From NCBI RefSeq assembly GCF_009914755.1, contig NC_060938.1: 64,000 nt of DNA. One strand, given 5' to 3'. Below, piece by piece: positions 59,580 to 64,000 of the stretch. The position numbers were made by a program, and so were the translations under genes. Positions within the stretch are counted from its first letter, which is position 1, and each line of letters opens with the position of its first letter. Source of the stretch: the human T2T-CHM13v2.0 reference genome, Homo sapiens. The notes under the pieces are model-generated. The model searched no databases. It was not told where the DNA came from and saw nothing but the letters and a program-made list of their open reading frames with translations.

Positions 59580-59584
59580 AATTA

Positions 59585-60545
59585 TCTTGCCTGCTGGACC
59601 TCTCACCCTGATGTCCCATAGGCAACTCCAATTCAAACAAGTGGAATGGGCTCATCATCTCATCTACTCCTCCACTCCCAATCTCCGTGGCTGCTCCACC
59701 CAAGCCCGTAGCCTGGGCTGGCTACGAGGCTGCATTCTCCCTCACTCCCACAGCCACTCCCCTCGTTGGCTTCCCTCCTGTAAGTCTCTTCACCCTCCAC
59801 TGCTATTGCCTTGGCTTAGTCTCAACTGGCTGGACCTTGCAATGGCCTGCCATCTGGTCAGCCTCAGCCCCCTGCCCCTCCAATCTCTCCTCTGCATTGC
59901 TGGGGGAGGGATTGTTCCAAAACAGCAATAGTTTACAGTTTTAACATGATTAAAACCTTCTGTGACTGCAGGGCAGAGCCCAGTCTTTTTAATGTGGTGT
60001 AGAAGGCCTTCTGAAATCTTGCCCCTACCATGTTTGTGTCCCGGTCACTTGATGCCCTCACCAACACTCCAGATTCCAACCGTCAAGACCACGACACACT
60101 CCCTCCTTCACCCTGCTGTCCCAGTCAGTGCCGACTCATCTTGCAAGACTCCATTCAAGGGCCACGTTTTCCCTGAACCCTTTCTTATTGATCTACATCC
60201 CCAACCCTATCTTGCATGTATGAGAGCACATGCGCGCACGTGCACGCACACACACACACACAGAGTTAATTGACCATTTTCTCCTTTTTTTTTTTTACCA
60301 CATCCAGTAAATATAAATATTTCCAGCAGTAGCAATTGCATGTCTTTATTTTGCTTGTTTGTTAATGTGACAATCTTTTTCCACTAGACACTAAGAGTCC
60401 TTCAAGGGCTGGTACCATGTTTTTGTTTTTGTTTGTTTTCCTTTGATTCTCTAACATCTAGCACAGTATCTAACACACAGAAAATTCTTCTTATGTGTTT
60501 GGGTTTTTAAAAAATGACAACCAAAGAATGAATAAATTAATGAGG
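59585..60545 (+). mobile_element. L2 3' portion
   Basis: TGCCTGCTGGAC…GATGTCCCATAGGCA…CCACTAGAC…CTAGCACAGTATCTAACACA…GAATGAATAAAT. Confidence 0.7.
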
Positions 60546-61265
60546 AGAGAGAAGTACACCTATAATTTATTTAAATAAAGTTTCGATTGTAGCACAGAAT
60601 CATATTAAAGAGTATTGTGGAGATAAAAACACAGCCCCTCTGCAATGTAATTTATTCTTCAACCATTCTGTTGGGCATGCTCCTCAGAGATGAAAGAACT
60701 AAACGATGGAGGAGGTCTATATCCTGCTTCGTGTCTGAAGTTTGTTAGAGAGAATCTAGAACTCCATCCTCGGTACCACTGCTGATTTGCTGTGAAATAT
60801 GTTCTGGGAAATATAAGGCATTGCTGACCCCAGGAACAAATGTTTTTCTGCCAGTAAGTAAGAATTCTAATCCTGTTTGAAACCAATTCCAGGTTTGGAG
60901 AGTCAAGGAGATCATTGAGTCAAAGTCTCATTATGTCTAACAGAACAAAATCATATTTTTAGCCTTCTACTTCATCACATCTGTGTTTTCTATCTTCTGA
61001 CATTCTTACTTCACCTCTAGTCTCTCTTGTTGGCTCAGTATTTCTTCTTAAAGAAATATTCTTCCCACTCACTACATTAATTTGTAAGCAGCCACTGGAC
61101 AGGACTAAGCTATCCATGCAATTATCCACTGGTAACTGCAGAACTTCTACCCAAATGAAGCATGGTAGGAATGGAATGATGACCATTCTCGTTTTCTAGA
61201 ATTCTTCCAAATGAGGAGGAAAATTTGATATTTTTTCTTTAGTCAGTTCCATGCTCAGTATAGTA

Positions 61266-61345
61266 TTAGGTTGGTGCAAAAGTAATTGCGGTTTTTGCCA
61301 CTACTTTCAATGGCAAAAACTGCAATTTCATTTGCACCAACCTAA
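61266..61345. mobile_element. MADE1 (Hsmar1-derived 80-bp palindromic MITE; miR-548-type hairpin)
   Basis: TA-TTAGGTTGGTGCAAAAGTAATTGCGGTTTTTGCCA…TGGCAAAAACTGCAATTTCATTTGCACCAACCTAA-TA; 80 bp with TA TSD. Confidence 0.96.
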
Positions 61346-63032
61346 TATTATTCTATGGGCTAACAGTGTTTGTGAGTTTTTATGATCACTATTTGGGGAC
61401 TACTATCTTCAGAAATATTGTTGCATTAAGATCCCTTGCTGTGTGCCTCTGGCCAGCAGGACTTTCCTTTGGCTGTGAACTGTATGTGAAGTAGCTGGGC
61501 AGATGCAACGGCTTTCACTAACTCACTAGAGCAGTTGGCTCCCTTGTTAGGAAGACCCTCATTATCACTAACTTGAGAACTGCTGCCAGGTATAAGACAA
61601 ATGTGTTGGTGCCATAGTCATTCATCAAATGAAGGGAAAGAGTGACCTTTGCCATCTATTAGGATGAGATGGAATGCTTTGGTGTCAGCTCAGCTAAAGT
61701 GGTATATGTGCCCATACCTATCCATTCAAACCCAGAGTCAGGGAATTGTTAGGAGTCATTTGACTGAGCTTTCTGCTCCTGCACAGATGAGTGTTTTATA
61801 CAATTCAGACTCTAGTTCTAATAGTCCAAAGCCTTTCATTATTGCCTGGCCTGAGAGAGACTTCTCATTCAGTGCCTTCCATTCTTTTAAGGACAAGGGA
61901 CGTCTTTTGCTAAATGTTGGAATACATTTAGTTGCAGCTTCTCAAAGAAAAAACATCTCTCACCAGAGCTAGCTATCTTTAGCGAGGTCTTCCCTATGTC
62001 TTTTTTTGGAAACATGAAGCATATATTTCTCTGGCTAATTGGTATTTCAAAAGCAAGCTCAGAAACAAGGCAAGGACTCCAGAAAGTTTTTGTAGAAATG
62101 TTTATTTTTGATGTAGCCAAGGCAATTTAAACACACACTTAATCAGAAGCAGGGATAGGTTGGAAAATAGATCTGAGGTCTCAAGAATTATCGGACGAGC
62201 AGACTAGAGAAGTCCTAGGAATATTTTCTGGACATGGGATTGTGGGCTAAGCAAGTGAATTCAGCAAAGGAGGTCACAGGAGTGGATCCTGTCAACTCAC
62301 CTTCCCGCACCTCCACCTCCACATTTACCTGCTTTGCTCCTTTCCTGCCAACCGGCCCACTAATCCTGAAACCCACCCCATTGCAGGAGCTGGTTTCCTT
62401 AGAGACAAAACTAGGGCCAGAGAAAGTAAGTGTGCCGACCGGGCCAGGGTATTGGATGCTCCAAAGTAAGAAATGGTGCTGAGCCATAGGCTGAGGCTCC
62501 ATGGGGCAAAGCCACTGCCAGAGCCTTGTGCCAGGGAGAAAGTCAAGGAGTACCAGGTTCCAGGAGTGAGAACCAAGCACAAAGACCTGTGCCCAGAGAT
62601 GCCAGGCCGAAGGGTAAGGGAGAGCAGATCCCAGGTCACTAGCTCCAAAGTCCACGGATGCAACGGCTTATTCAAGAAAGGCTCAGCACTCATAGAGCAT
62701 GGGCTGAGATGAAATTGGAAGCACTTACTATTTTTCAGCTGTACCTTTCATATATGAGTCAAAGAAATTCATGAGTAGACACTAATTCCCTTCCTTGTAT
62801 TAGAAACAGGCATCTCTCTATCCTCTATTTCAAAGCTGAGGCCTTCCTCAGCACGCTGGATTCCATGTCCCTCTGCCTTCCCTATTACTGTGCACTAAAT
62901 CACTCTCTCTGGCTCTGCTATCCTCAATCTTTCTCCCTTGGATCTTTCATATCATCCTATAAACCTATCCCATTTCCCCACACCGGGAAAACCAATGATT
63001 TCTTAAATGCTGCCTTCTCCCTTAAGTGACTT

Positions 63033-63072
<40 letters not shown>
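63033..63072. repeat. (GA)n microsatellite
   Basis: Direct read. Confidence 0.96.
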
Positions 63073-63076
<4 letters not shown>

Positions 63077-63562
63077 CTCTGCAATGATGCACGTATACAT
63101 AGGTCATAAAATTGATTTTTCTAATCCAGAAAATTATGACAAAGGTCCAGATGAAGAGGAGCGAGATAGTATACAGTTGGCTTCTGGGCAATTGATATTC
63201 TATATCTTAACCTGAGCAGTGAGCATTCAGTATTTATTTTTTAATTTGTTAACTGAACACATAGGTTATATGGAATTTTCTATGGGTAGGTTGCATTTGT
63301 AAAATTTAGGAAGTTTTTGAAAACTGAAAGAACAAAACAGCAACAAATCCTGTGCTGGGGGTTCTGTCTCTTCTCCCTCTGGCGACCTTCCCTCTGTATT
63401 GTCTGTTCTTTCTCAGGCAGGTTTTCTACACAGCAAGAAAGTTTGCCATGAGCACACCTCACAGTTTGCAATGAGAGTGAAAAAGGGCACGTTTTCCCTG
63501 AGATTTGTATATCAGATCTCTGGGAAGACATTCATTGGTCTGCATGTGTTTATGCCCACATT

Positions 63563-63720
63563 CAGTCGTGTGCCGGTAACCTGGCTCTCGGCAAGGAGGG
63601 AGGGACTAATTTTTAGTGTTTGCTAATTTCTGTGGTGTAAATACCTCCACCATGGCTAATTTCAAGCTACTGATGTAATGCCACTTGTGAAGTGGAAGGA
63701 GCCCATTCTAGCACGTCACT
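63563..63720 (+). mobile_element. MER63-type hAT MITE (second copy)
   Basis: TTTCTGTGGTGTAAATACCTCCACCATGGCTAATTTCAAGCTA, shared with the 51.4-kb copy. Confidence 0.72.
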
Positions 63721-64000
63721 GCCACATCGCTGATCAAGTCACTGTGGCCAGGGTGATGAGACACATACTCTGTCCATCCTGGAGCAGGAAGCATAGCATA
63801 GTTTGGACAGGACACCATGAAGGTTTACTTCAACAGAATTACATGCAGCAGGGAGGTGTGGCTGGCCAAAGGAAATAAAGAACTAACACCAGAAAAAAGG
63901 AATGAATGCTGTGCAGCTGAAAAAGCACATGCCCATTGGACTTTAATTTTTTCCTTTTCCCTTCCCTCTTCCCATTCTCTGTGTTTGGTCTGCATGATCT

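Overview
Primate (human-like) genomic DNA: AT-rich, dense in repeats, and with no protein-coding gene I can recognise, so it is intergenic or deep intronic. The left end holds a near full-length LINE-1 on the minus strand (1-5783; its 3' end runs off the window). It is L1PA2/L1PA3-like. ORF1 and ORF2 are both inactivated, but the 5' UTR is intact, lacks the 129-bp ZNF93-site segment, and carries an open antisense ORF0 whose promoter and splice donors point into the rest of the window. The remainder is a mosaic of 10 Alus (full or partial), old L1/HAL1/L2/MIR fragments, solo LTRs (THE1, MST/MLT1, MLT2A, MER21, LTR40-like), DNA transposon fossils (MER47A, Charlie4a, MER63, MER5, one MADE1/miR-548-type hairpin) and microsatellites. 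The unique stretches contain candidate non-coding exons, enhancer-like motif clusters and several compact clusters of inverted plus tandem micro-repeats. I found no evidence of a wholly new biological system. The best lead is a testable hypothesis: an L1 antisense-promoter/ORF0 chimeric transcript. Repeat family names come from my recall of consensus sequences, not from a search, and the boundaries of old repeats are approximate.
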